Assembly: GCA_910586475.1 (NCBI GenBank)
Contig: CAJUHM010000004.1
Location: 1,277 to 65,276 of the forward strand
Reading direction: 5' to 3'
DNA: 64,000 nucleotides
Source: an uncultured Muribaculaceae bacterium
GTDB taxonomy: Bacteria > Bacteroidota > Bacteroidia > Bacteroidales > Muribaculaceae
A program made the position numbers and the translations under genes. The stretch's first letter is position 1. Every line of letters begins with the position of its first letter. Shown piece by piece: positions 38,412-47,932 of this stretch. The notes under the pieces are model-generated. The model was not told where the DNA came from. It did not search any database and saw only the letters and a list, made by a program, of their open reading frames with translations.

Positions 38412-39440
38412 ATGGAGCAACGATTCAGAATTGTCAGTATATCAGTTATTATGTCTCTGCTTTTCGCAGTGGAGGTGTTTGCGTTTGATCCAGACTATAT
38501 AGCTTCGAAAAACCGAGTGCTCGGTTTCGGGGTTTCTGCCTATCGGTGGGTCGACAGGGTTTTCAACGGGACTGACACTGCCTATATCAGTCCGACCGGC
38601 TACAGATGGAACGTTAAACTGAGGGCAAACAGCTGGTCGGATTTCAATGGCTTTTATTTCGACGGAGATCACCGTATGGGTATGGTTTCGCCTTCATGTA
38701 TTTCGATAGGAGCCGACGTGCAGTTTATGGCGATTGCATTAGGCTATGACATCAATGTCAACCGACTGGCCGGCGGCAAGGACCGCTCTAAGAGCCGGTT
38801 TAATTTCGAATTTTCCAGCGCGCTGGTTTCGGGGAGGTTGTATAGCATCAAGAATGAGGACGGAATGACAATCAGATCTCTCGGCGAGAAACTTGATGAG
38901 CCGATCGGATTTTCTGGTGTCAGAACTTCGACATGGGGAATCGATCTGATCTATTATTTCAATCACAGGCGCTATTCCAGTCAGGCGGCATTCTCATTCG
39001 GCAAAATTCAGAAAAAGAGTCAGGGCGCATTTATGACCGGGGTGTTCTTTCAGTCGCAGAAGCTGTTTTTTGATTTCGGGGCACTGCCTGAAGAGGTGAA
39101 AGTCTGGTTGCCTGAAAACTGGCGCGGACGCAACTATCATGCGAATGGCTGGAATCTTGGGATCGGCGGCGGATATGGCTTTAACTGGGTTCCACGCCCG
39201 AACCTGACGGTCGGAATTCTGGGTATTGTTATTCCGAGCGTCAACTACGGTTTTCTCAACAGCGAGACGAAGGGATGCTCATTTCGGATGAATTACAGAA
39301 TGAATGCTTCCGTCGTGTGGAATCGCGACAGGTGGTTTGTCGGTGGTGTTGCGAGAGCGGATGCCGGATTCATTTATTCCGGTTCTACGCTGACGAACGG
39401 TCTGATCAGTTTTGACGCAAAGATAGGCTGGCGTTTTTAA
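38412..39440 (+). CDS. DUF4421-like outer-membrane beta-barrel protein
   Basis: Signal peptide, DTAYI, YYFNHRRYS..AAF, QKKSQG, GYGFNW, C-terminal GWRF. Confidence 0.75.
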   Translation: MEQRFRIVSISVIMSLLFAVEVFAFDPDYIASKNRVLGFGVSAYRWVDRVFNGTDTAYISPTGYRWNVKLRANSWSDFNGFYFDGDHRMGMVSPSCISIGADVQFMAIALGYDINVNRLAGGKDRSKSRFNFEFSSALVSGRLYSIKNEDGMTIRSLGEKLDEPIGFSGVRTSTWGIDLIYYFNHRRYSSQAAFSFGKIQKKSQGAFMTGVFFQSQKLFFDFGALPEEVKVWLPENWRGRNYHANGWNLGIGGGYGFNWVPRPNLTVGILGIVIPSVNYGFLNSETKGCSFRMNYRMNASVVWNRDRWFVGGVARADAGFIYSGSTLTNGLISFDAKIGWRF

Positions 39441-39545
39441 TTGTCGGATCGACTCTAAGAAAAATTTACCTTTGTATGATGAGCCGATTGTCGAGGACGG
39501 AATTCAGCTCAAGGATATTGTCTATCTGAAAAAGAAAATCTGAAA

Positions 39546-39965
39546 ATGGAAAATGAAACGCGGCGGCTGGCTGAAAAAGGGCTTAAGCCGACACCAAACA
39601 GAATTCTTGTTCTTCGCGAGCTTGCGGCTTCGGATCATCCGCTGAGTCTTGGTGAGCTCGAAATACGTCTGGACACTCTTGACAGGTCAAGTATATTTCG
39701 TGTGCTGACGCTTTTCCTGGATCATGAACTGGTCCATTCGATCGAGGATGGCAGCGGTTCGCTCAGATATGAGGCCTGTGCCGCCCCCGGGAAATGCACT
39801 ATTTCGGACAGGCATGTCCATTTCCATTGCGAGTCCTGCAACCGGACGTTCTGTTTTCCGGCCACTCCGGTTCCGGCCGTGGAACTGCCGCCCGATTTCA
39901 CGGCCCATTCGGTGAACTATGTGGTGAAGGGGGAATGTGCCGACTGTAAGAATAGAGGCTTCTGA
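39546..39965 (+). CDS. Fur family transcriptional regulator
   Basis: KPTPNR, SIFRVL helix-turn-helix, HVHFHCESC, GECADC. Confidence 0.92.
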   Translation: MENETRRLAEKGLKPTPNRILVLRELAASDHPLSLGELEIRLDTLDRSSIFRVLTLFLDHELVHSIEDGSGSLRYEACAAPGKCTISDRHVHFHCESCNRTFCFPATPVPAVELPPDFTAHSVNYVVKGECADCKNRGF

Positions 39966-39998
39966 GCGAACAGAGTCGATTGAATCCGGACAGAAGTT

Positions 39999-40033
39999 TG
40001 CAACCTGGTTGCACTGACTGTGACCTAATTTTG
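39999..40033 (+). promoter_or_regulatory. Operator TGCAAC-CTG-GTTGCA plus TAATTTTG -7 element of the metal ATPase
   Basis: Perfect 6-3-6 palindrome at 39999-40013; -7 element at 40026-40033. Confidence 0.6.
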
Positions 40034-40062
40034 CCGTAGAAACAAAAAATAAAGTCAAAGTC

Positions 40063-42009
40063 ATGAAACATCACAATCATTGCGCCGGAAATGGAAGCTG
40101 TCACCACGACCATTCCTATTCCCACGATCACGCTCACTCCCACTCCTCACTTGCATATGTCCGCATGGGCATTTCATTTCTGTTGCTTGTCGCCGGTCTG
40201 TTGCTATCCCATTATGCCGGGGGCCTGATTTCCGGAGGCGTTGCCCTTGTCTGGTATGCGGCTGCATTTCTGCCTGTCGGATGGCCGATAATGAAGGAGG
40301 GGTTTGATGAGGTCAGGAAGGGACATCTGTTCAATGAGTTCACTCTGATGATTCTTGCCTGTCTGGGGGCTTTCCTGATCGGAGAGTATCCTGAGGCGGT
40401 GGCGGTCATGCTTTTCTATACGGTCGGCGAGACTCTGCAGCATGGAGCGGTTGACCGGGCCACGGGAAGTATCTACAGGCTTCTTGATGTCAGACCGGAG
40501 AAAACTATGGTTGTCAGAGACGGGAATCTGACTGAGATGTCGCCCGCACAGGTCCGTCCGGGTGAGATTATAGAAGTCCGTCCGGGCGAGCGGGTGGCTC
40601 TCGACGGGGTTCTGCTGAGTCCGTCAGCAGCGTTCGATGCCTCGGCTCTGACAGGCGAAAGTATGCCTGTTTCGGTCGATGAGGGTGGAGAGGTGCTGGC
40701 CGGAATGATTGTTGAGGACGCCCCGGTCAGAATCCGGGTCAGTGCCCCGTATGATAGGAGCTCGCTTGCGCGGTTGATTGAGCTTGTCCGCGACGCTTCA
40801 TCGCGCAAGGCGCCGGCCGAGAAGTTCATCCGCCGTTTTGCGCGGGTCTATACGCCAGTGGTGTTTCTGCTGGCAGTGGCGGTTGTTGTGGCTCCGGTAT
40901 GTTTTGTCAGCAATTATGTTTTTTCCGAATGGCTTTACCGCGGACTGGTCTTTCTTGTCATTTCATGTCCCTGCGCTCTGGTGATCAGTGTTCCGCTGGG
41001 GTATTTTGCCGGAATCGGCGCTGCCTCCCGCAGCGGAATCCTTTTCAAGGGTGGTAATTATCTCGATGCGATAGCCGGAATTTCGGGAATCGCTTTCGAT
41101 AAGACCGGGACCCTGACTTCGGGCCGGTTTGAAGTGACGGGTGTCGATGTCGCTTCCGGAACTGATGAGGAGGAGTTGCTGAGGGTCATGACGTCTGTCG
41201 AGCGCAGAAGTACCCATCCGGTAGCGGCGGCAGTGGTCCGTTATGGCGAAGCTCATGGAGTGGCTATTTCGGAAGTGGAATCTACGAAGGAGATTGCAGG
41301 CAAGGGAATCGAAGCAATTGTCGGCGGGAAGCGGATCGCGGTCGGAAACTCCGGACTGATGGTGAGAAATGGCGTAGAGTGTCCACCGGTAATCGCTGAA
41401 TGCAAGTCAACAGCAGTGTTCTGCGCCGTCGACGGACGTTACGCGGGGGCGGTAATGCTCTCGGATCTCCCTAAACAGGATGCCGCCGCGGCCATTGAGA
41501 GCCTTCGCCGACTCGGGATCAGCAATATTGCATTGGTTTCAGGTGATCGCCGTCAGCCGGTAGGAAAGATCGCTTCGGTATTGAAGATTGCGGAATCGTT
41601 CGGCGAACTGCTTCCGGAGGATAAGGTAAGATGTATTGACTCGCTGAAGAATCAGGGGTGGGGCGAAGTCGCGTTTGTCGGTGACGGAATGAACGATGCG
41701 CCCGTTCTGGCGCTGAGCGACGTCGGAATCGCAATGGGAGCCCACGGTAGCCACGTGGCCATCGAGAGTGCCGATGTCGTGATTCAGACCGATTCACCGC
41801 TGAAGGTGGCTGAGGCGGTAAGGATCGGCCGCTTTACGCGTCGTGTCGTTCTTGAAAATATTGTGTTTGCAATTGGAGTGAAACTTGCTGTCATCCTGGC
41901 GGGTGCCTGCGGCTATGTGTCGCTTTGGGGTGCTGTTTTCGCGGATGTCGGGGTGTCGCTGATCGCAGTGATGAACTCTCTGAGGATCATGGCCAGGAAT
42001 CAGGGATAA
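40063..42009 (+). CDS. cadA: Heavy-metal P1B-type ATPase (Zn/Cd type) with His-rich N-terminus
   Basis: TGES, SCPC, DKTGT, HP, GDGMNDAP; Lys and DxG in the last TMs. Confidence 0.9.
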   Translation: MKHHNHCAGNGSCHHDHSYSHDHAHSHSSLAYVRMGISFLLLVAGLLLSHYAGGLISGGVALVWYAAAFLPVGWPIMKEGFDEVRKGHLFNEFTLMILACLGAFLIGEYPEAVAVMLFYTVGETLQHGAVDRATGSIYRLLDVRPEKTMVVRDGNLTEMSPAQVRPGEIIEVRPGERVALDGVLLSPSAAFDASALTGESMPVSVDEGGEVLAGMIVEDAPVRIRVSAPYDRSSLARLIELVRDASSRKAPAEKFIRRFARVYTPVVFLLAVAVVVAPVCFVSNYVFSEWLYRGLVFLVISCPCALVISVPLGYFAGIGAASRSGILFKGGNYLDAIAGISGIAFDKTGTLTSGRFEVTGVDVASGTDEEELLRVMTSVERRSTHPVAAAVVRYGEAHGVAISEVESTKEIAGKGIEAIVGGKRIAVGNSGLMVRNGVECPPVIAECKSTAVFCAVDGRYAGAVMLSDLPKQDAAAAIESLRRLGISNIALVSGDRRQPVGKIASVLKIAESFGELLPEDKVRCIDSLKNQGWGEVAFVGDGMNDAPVLALSDVGIAMGAHGSHVAIESADVVIQTDSPLKVAEAVRIGRFTRRVVLENIVFAIGVKLAVILAGACGYVSLWGAVFADVGVSLIAVMNSLRIMARNQG

Positions 42010-42118
42010 GACTCATTCCATTCAGCCGGGATGTGCCTTAATGGCGGTAATGTCACAAAATAGTGGTAACTTTGCATGGGAAAAAGATGTTGTATCTCTT
42101 CCTCTAAGGTAAATCGAT

Positions 42119-42958
42119 ATGAAGATAATAGATATTGCTTTTTCACCCACACGCACTTCTGCCGCCATTGCCGCGGCGGTCGCCGAGGCAATGGCGGCGT
42201 ACTGCGGAGCGGAGCGTGTCGGTGTGGATGTGACTTATGACTCATTGGCTGAATCGAATTTTCCTTCCGGTTCGGTCGCCGTTATAGCAGCTCCGGTCTA
42301 TGGTGGCAGGATGTCTCCTTTGGCTAAGGAGCGGCTGAAAGGTCTGAGAGGAAACGGAGCTCCGTGTGTGCTGATCGCGGTCTATGGCAACCGTGCGTTC
42401 GAGAATGCGCTTGTCGATATGGCTGAGTTTGCCTCCGGACTCGGTTTTATGCCAGTGGCAGCCGGAGCATTTGTCGGGGAGCATTCCTATTCGACAGAGT
42501 CGACTCCCATAGCTGCCGGACGCCCTGACAGCGAAGATCTCGCTGAGGCCCGTCGGTTTGGAATGTCGATCGGTCAGGCAGTCGCTGACGGGTCGGCTGG
42601 AGCGGTCGATGTCGGTAGTCTGACAGATGTGCCCTCGCCCGGGGAATCGTTGGAGGCATTCAGGAAATTTGTGGCGGAATATATGCAGTCGCGAGTTGCC
42701 GGCGCTGTTCCGGTGCTTCCGGAAGTAGATATTGAACTGTGCATCGGCTGCGGACTCTGTCAGAATCTATGTCCGGTGTCGGCGATCGGCGATGACTGCC
42801 GGAGTGTGGATGCCTCGAAATGCATCCGGTGCAGCGCGTGTGTGAAAGGGTGTCCTTCGGGAGCGCGCCGCCTGCTATCTCCATTTGCGCCCGTTTTGTC
42901 GGCCAATTTCAACATACGTAAGAATCCGGTTACAATCATAGGAACGAAAGCATCATGA
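42119..42958 (+). CDS. Flavodoxin-like / 2x[4Fe-4S] ferredoxin fusion protein
   Basis: FSPT, PVYGGR, VYGNR; two CxxCxxCxxxCP motifs; TAACTTTG at 42067-42074. Confidence 0.85.
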   Translation: MKIIDIAFSPTRTSAAIAAAVAEAMAAYCGAERVGVDVTYDSLAESNFPSGSVAVIAAPVYGGRMSPLAKERLKGLRGNGAPCVLIAVYGNRAFENALVDMAEFASGLGFMPVAAGAFVGEHSYSTESTPIAAGRPDSEDLAEARRFGMSIGQAVADGSAGAVDVGSLTDVPSPGESLEAFRKFVAEYMQSRVAGAVPVLPEVDIELCIGCGLCQNLCPVSAIGDDCRSVDASKCIRCSACVKGCPSGARRLLSPFAPVLSANFNIRKNPVTIIGTKAS

Positions 42959-43884
42959 ATTCAAAAATCAAAGGCTATCTGCTTGGTTCGGTCGCAGAAA
43001 TAACCTACGGGATGAATCCGCTCTTCACATTGCCTCTTTACGGTGACGGAATGGATCCAAACTCAGTCCTGTTTTTCCGCTATCTCTGCGCTTTGCCCGT
43101 CATACTGCTGATGCTCAGATGGCGCGGCCAGTCACTGAAGGTCTCGGGCGCACAGATTCTCAGGCTTGCGTTGCTCGGAGTCATGTTTGCGCTGTCGTCG
43201 CTGACTCTTTTCAAGAGCTACAATCATATGGGGGCCGGCATAGCGAGCACGCTGCTGTTTGTCTATCCTATTGTTGTCGCGCTGATAATGAGGGTTGTCT
43301 ATAAGGAGCGACTGTCGGTCACGACAGCTCTCTGCATGGTCATGGCCCTTACGGGGATTGGCCTTCTTTACAAAGGGGAGGACGGTTCGACACTTAGTCT
43401 GACAGGGACATTGCTGGTCATGGCTTCGGCATTGTCATATGCGTTTTATATCATTTTCACTAACCGCTCGAATGTCAGGACTCTTCCGACGCTGACAATC
43501 ACCTTCTATGTCCTTCTGTTCGGATGGATGGTGTTTGCGGCCAATGCGTTCTGGAGCGGAACGCTTTCGGTGCCTTCCGAGCCGGTCATGTGGGTCAATG
43601 TGGCCGCACTTGCGGTGTTGCCTACAGCTGTGTCGCTCATCTGCACGACCGGAGCCATTCAGCTTATCGGGTCAACGATGACGGCTATTCTTGGTGCGCT
43701 TGAGCCTCTCACGGCAGTCTTTTTCGGCGTCGTCGTATTTGGAGAAATGCTGACAGGACGCGACATCGTCGGTATTGTCCTGATAATTGCGGGAGTCAGT
43801 CTGGTTGTCGGCGGCGGTAAAATTGATGTACTGCTCAACCGGATTGTCCGAATGTTTCCGAAGCGACTGCGGTCGACGACATAA
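42955..43884 (+). CDS. DMT/EamA family transporter
   Basis: About 10 TMs in two EamA repeats (FVYP, LEP). Confidence 0.88.
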   Translation: MNSKIKGYLLGSVAEITYGMNPLFTLPLYGDGMDPNSVLFFRYLCALPVILLMLRWRGQSLKVSGAQILRLALLGVMFALSSLTLFKSYNHMGAGIASTLLFVYPIVVALIMRVVYKERLSVTTALCMVMALTGIGLLYKGEDGSTLSLTGTLLVMASALSYAFYIIFTNRSNVRTLPTLTITFYVLLFGWMVFAANAFWSGTLSVPSEPVMWVNVAALAVLPTAVSLICTTGAIQLIGSTMTAILGALEPLTAVFFGVVVFGEMLTGRDIVGIVLIIAGVSLVVGGGKIDVLLNRIVRMFPKRLRSTT

Positions 43885-43918
43885 CCTTTGACACGGAAAG
43901 ACAACCATTCCCTAAGAT

Positions 43919-44009
43919 CCCGTTCCCCATTATCTGTTACCGTCATCCGGAATCGACAGGTGGGGAACGGGGTTTAAAAGAAACAGAGGTGCTCTCACGA
44001 GTACCCCTG
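43919..44009. terminator. Two hairpins between convergent genes (probable terminators)
   Basis: CCCGTTCCCCA/TGGGGAACGGG and GGTGCTC/GAGTACC stems. Confidence 0.55.
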
Positions 44010-44070
44010 CATCCATTCATCACATTATGCTTATTAAAGTAAGTATTTTTGTTCAGAAGGACGACTGGAT

Positions 44071-44655
44071 TCAGTAGCGTGATGCCACAACGTCCCAGTC
44101 TACGATGTCCCAGAGTTTTTCGATGGCTTCAGCTCTGCGGTTCTGGTAGTCGAGGTAGTAGGCGTGTTCCCATACGTCGAAGGTCAGAAGCGGAGTCAGT
44201 CCGTCGGTCAGCGGATTGCCGGCGTTTGACTTCTGAGTAATGAAAAGTTTTCCGTCCTGATCACGCGAAAGCCAGACCCATCCGCTTCCGAAGATCTTTA
44301 CTCCGGCATCGACGAATTCTTTCTTGAAATTTTCCACCGATCCGAAATCCCGTTCGATCGCATTTCGGAGTTCGCCGTCCGGTTCGGTCGGTCCGTCGGG
44401 GGTGAAAGAGAAGAAGTAGAAAATATGATTCCAGGCCTGTGAGGCGTTATTGAACAAAGGCCCGTCGGCAGTGCGGATGATGTCTTCGATGTCCATGTCT
44501 GCATATTTCGTGCCTTCGATCATTTTGTTGAGATTATCGATATAGGCTTTCTCATGACGACCGTAGTGAAAGTCGATGGTCTCCTGTGAGATAGCCGGAG
44601 CCAGGGCATCGGGAGCATAGGGAAGCTTAGGCTGAGTATAGACTTGTTCTTTCAT
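44071..44655 (-). CDS. sodB: Fe/Mn superoxide dismutase (Fe-type or cambialistic signature)
   Basis: [32 protein letters not shown]. Confidence 0.95.
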   Translation of the reverse strand: MKEQVYTQPKLPYAPDALAPAISQETIDFHYGRHEKAYIDNLNKMIEGTKYADMDIEDIIRTADGPLFNNASQAWNHIFYFFSFTPDGPTEPDGELRNAIERDFGSVENFKKEFVDAGVKIFGSGWVWLSRDQDGKLFITQKSNAGNPLTDGLTPLLTFDVWEHAYYLDYQNRRAEAIEKLWDIVDWDVVASRY

Positions 44656-44802
44656 CGTTAAGAGGTGGAAATTGTGGGTTATTTAATGTTGTGATTAAAG
44701 ATAAGAGTTGTATCATAGTAACAACGCCTGCCGCTAAAAGTTCACGCCGGCGACCGCCAAAGGCGACTCATGGCCGGGTGACGGACTGGATCCGGTCGGG
44801 TG

Positions 44803-45414
44803 CTATTTGCTGCGGTATTGCGGGAGAACCGGTACAGGGAATTTCGAGAAGAGGGTCTGTACAGCTTCGGCGATGCCTGCGAGATTGCGGAACTGGGCTT
44901 CTTCGGAACCGTTTAGAACGGTGGCGACAGAAGAGGAATAAAGTGGGATTTTCTGCTGGATGTTGACCATATCCATCGTCAGCACGCCTTCTTTATAGAT
45001 GCCGGTGATCACCTGTGCGTTGGACGTGGCAGGCCAGTAGTATTGACGGGGATACATGAAGAATGGATAATAAGCCGGGTATGGGGCCGGGCCATACCAG
45101 GGATAATAGTTGCTGACCAGAGGTTCGGTCTGGATTTCGCGGTGGGTCGAGATTGCGATGTTGATCAGCAGAGGCGATGAGGGATCTTCGGTGAAACCTC
45201 GTTCGACCATCTGTTCGCGAATAGCAGCCGCGATATTATAGTAAGTGACAGCCTGCATTCCCGGAATCATTTTCCCTTCGTCGGGTGTGACGATGCGGAA
45301 GGTGTGGTAGGCGGCGAGATCGGCGTTGTTGTATGTCTCGCTGTTGACAAGCGTGAACGGGCTGCAGCCAGTGAGAACCAGAGCCAGAAACAGAATAGAG
45401 AGTAAATTTTTCAT
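44803..45414 (-). CDS. DUF4136 lipoprotein
   Basis: Lipobox LTGC; Y/P-rich middle; YKEGVLTMDMV; KFP near the C-terminus. Confidence 0.8.
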   Translation of the reverse strand: MKNLLSILFLALVLTGCSPFTLVNSETYNNADLAAYHTFRIVTPDEGKMIPGMQAVTYYNIAAAIREQMVERGFTEDPSSPLLINIAISTHREIQTEPLVSNYYPWYGPAPYPAYYPFFMYPRQYYWPATSNAQVITGIYKEGVLTMDMVNIQQKIPLYSSSVATVLNGSEEAQFRNLAGIAEAVQTLFSKFPVPVLPQYRSK

Positions 45415-45603
45415 AGGTTGACAGACATTTACGGAGTTGTTGTTTGAGAAGATAACGCCGGCTGATTACGAAAAGTTTCTTAAATTATTTGTTTTCCACG
45501 TCTATAAACCTTAAATTTACGTCCGAAATTTATTTCACACAATATCCTTTTAACTGAAAATCCAAGCCTGTCCTTCTTAGATAGGGGGCAGGTATGAAAA
45601 CAG

Positions 45604-45840
45604 ATGAAGCATATAACCGAAGTGTTCGATGATTATCTTGCTCAGTATGGCAGTGTAGACATCGCCGAATCCGAATTTAAGAAACATCTTCATGAAGATC
45701 CGGAACTGAAAGCCGCATATAAGGAATGGTGTGCCGAAGTGGGTAGCTCCGATAAAAGCGGATTTTCTGACTATTGCGAGGAATATCTCGATTCACAGGA
45801 TGATATCTGGAACACACTGAGTGATTATAATGATGAATGA
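45604..45840 (+). CDS. Small acidic hypothetical protein (78 aa)
   Basis: Protein-like ORF whose end overlaps the agmatine deiminase start. Confidence 0.7.
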   Translation: MKHITEVFDDYLAQYGSVDIAESEFKKHLHEDPELKAAYKEWCAEVGSSDKSGFSDYCEEYLDSQDDIWNTLSDYNDE

Positions 45841-46888
45841 TCTTACTACGGACGTCCCGACAGTGTCGCGGCGTCTTCCCGCAGAATGGGAGATGGCAGG
45901 AGGTGTCATTCTGGCGTGGCCCCACCCGGGAACCGACTGGAATTATATGCTCGCGGATGTCCGGGCTTGTGTTGTCGAGATGATCCGGCAGATCAGCCGG
46001 TGGACGAGAGTGGTCGTCGTGGCTCCGGACGTGGAGGCAGCGCGTTGCGAAATCGGTCCGACGGATCCTGAAAGAGTCTTTTTTTTCGAAGCTCCGACAA
46101 ACGACACCTGGACGCGCGACTACGGACCTCTCTCCGTCGAGCTGTCCGACGGCTCCTTTGTCGCTCTTGACTTCCGTTTCAATGGCTGGGGGCTGAAGTT
46201 TGCCGCGTGTCATGATAATCTCGTCACAGGCCGGATGGTCAGCGGTGGCCTGATCGGTGTGCCGGCGGTCAACTGTCAGGATTTCGTTCTCGAAGGAGGC
46301 GGAATCGAAAGTGACGGCAACGGACTGCTGATGACAACCGCCGAGTGTCAGTGTTCGCCCAACCGGAATCCGGTTCTTGATCGAAATGAGATTGAGCAAC
46401 GTCTACTCGGCTATTTCGGTGGCCGTAAGCTGATCTGGCTCAACCACGGTTATCTTGCCGGCGACGACACGGACAGTCATATCGATACGCTTGCGCGTTT
46501 CGCTCCCGGAAATACGATTGTCTTCACTGGTTGCGACGATCCTGACGACGAGCATTTCTCCGAACTTCAGGCAATGGAGAATGAATTGCGCGAGGCGCGG
46601 AATCTGTCGGGCGAGCCGTTTAATCTCATCCGCCTGCCGCTACCCGACGCGGTTTTCGATGAGGACGGGCAGCGCCTGCCGGCGACATATGCTAATTTTC
46701 TCGCGCTTCCGGATGTTGTGCTGCTGCCTGTCTACGGTCAGCCCCGAAAGGATGAACTTGCGCGCCAGATGCTGCAGATCGCCTTTTCTCAGCCGGTTGT
46801 TGCGATCGACTGCAGTGCGCTGATCAGGCAGCACGGTTCGCTCCATTGCATGACGATGCAGTTTCCCGACGGATTGCTTTCGTTCTGA
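45830..46888 (+). CDS. aguA: Agmatine deiminase family protein
   Basis: LPAEWE, WTRDYGP, FNGWG, LEGG, DTDSHID, GSLHCMT; start ATG at 45830 or 45833. Confidence 0.9.
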   Translation: MMNDLTTDVPTVSRRLPAEWEMAGGVILAWPHPGTDWNYMLADVRACVVEMIRQISRWTRVVVVAPDVEAARCEIGPTDPERVFFFEAPTNDTWTRDYGPLSVELSDGSFVALDFRFNGWGLKFAACHDNLVTGRMVSGGLIGVPAVNCQDFVLEGGGIESDGNGLLMTTAECQCSPNRNPVLDRNEIEQRLLGYFGGRKLIWLNHGYLAGDDTDSHIDTLARFAPGNTIVFTGCDDPDDEHFSELQAMENELREARNLSGEPFNLIRLPLPDAVFDEDGQRLPATYANFLALPDVVLLPVYGQPRKDELARQMLQIAFSQPVVAIDCSALIRQHGSLHCMTMQFPDGLLSF

Positions 46889-46922
46889 ACTGCCCTCAAA
46901 AACTAATCTTTCAAAACTGACA

Positions 46923-47810
46923 ATGACAAAAGAACTGAAAATAGGACTCATTCAATTGTCCAAAACTGCCGATGTCGCGCGCAATCGCGAACGGCTTGCC
47001 GAAGAAATCCGTAAAACCGCTTCGGCGGGTGCACGCCTGATTGTCAATCAGGAATTGCACGATTCATTATATTTCTGTCAGACCGAATCGGTTGATCTGT
47101 GTGATCTCGCGGTTGCGATTCCGTCGGAAGCAACCGATTTCTATGCAGAGTTGGCCCGTGAGCTTAAGATTGTCATCGTGACCTCTATGTTTGAGCGACG
47201 TGCGCCGGGCCTTTATCATAATACAGCCGTTGTGTTTGAAGCTGACGGCTCGGTCGCAGGTGTCTACCGCAAGATGCACATTCCCGACGATCCGGCCTAT
47301 TATGAGAAATTCTATTTCACGCCGGGCGATCTTGGCTTTCATCCGATCGACACTTCTGTCGGGCGTATCGGTGTGCTCGTGTGCTGGGACCAGTGGTATC
47401 CGGAAGCTGCGCGTCTGATGGCCCTGCAGGGAGCTGAGCTGCTTGTCTATCCGACCGCCATCGGCTGGGAGTCGACAGATTCTGAGGACGAGAAGGCGCG
47501 TCAGCGCAATGCATGGACGATTGTCCAGCGCGCCCATGCGGTTGCCAACGGAATTCCTGTCGTCACCGTCAACCGTGTCGGTCACGAACCCGATCCGTCC
47601 GGAGCGACAAACGGGATCACCTTCTGGGGCAGCAGTTTTGTCGCCGGTCCTCAGGGCGAACTTCTCTATGAAGCTCCGACAGACAGCGAGGTGACCAAGG
47701 TCATCGGTATCGACATGAACAGAAGCGAACAGGTCAGACGGTGGTGGCCGTTTCTGCGCGACCGCCGCATAGACGCCTACGACGGTCTGACGCGTAGGTT
47801 CATTGACTGA
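46923..47810 (+). CDS. aguB: N-carbamoylputrescine amidase (nitrilase family)
   Basis: E-K-C triad: QE, YRKMHIP, VCWDQWYPE; PTAIG; FLRDRR; follows aguA. Confidence 0.9.
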   Translation: MTKELKIGLIQLSKTADVARNRERLAEEIRKTASAGARLIVNQELHDSLYFCQTESVDLCDLAVAIPSEATDFYAELARELKIVIVTSMFERRAPGLYHNTAVVFEADGSVAGVYRKMHIPDDPAYYEKFYFTPGDLGFHPIDTSVGRIGVLVCWDQWYPEAARLMALQGAELLVYPTAIGWESTDSEDEKARQRNAWTIVQRAHAVANGIPVVTVNRVGHEPDPSGATNGITFWGSSFVAGPQGELLYEAPTDSEVTKVIGIDMNRSEQVRRWWPFLRDRRIDAYDGLTRRFID

Positions 47811-47832
47811 AAATAACGTACGGACATACTAC

Positions 47833-47884
47833 CGGCGAGGACGGCGTTCGGAATCCAATGGATTCTGAAACACCGTCCTCGCTG
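47833..47884. terminator. Long hairpin between convergent aguB and lysA
   Basis: GCGAGGACGG/CCGTCCTCGC outer stem with a GAATCC/GGATTC inner stem. Confidence 0.7.
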
Positions 47885-47932
47885 ACGTTTATTATTGCGG
47901 TATGGAGTCTAATGGGTTGTAAACCGCATCTC

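Noticed and set aside
38400..43900. Apparent shift to G-rich plus strand (GC-skew switch or island)
   Set aside because: Other plus-strand genes earlier in the window (symporter, sigma copy 2) are also G-rich in sampled lines; better explained by expression-linked codon usage. No integrase or att-like repeats seen
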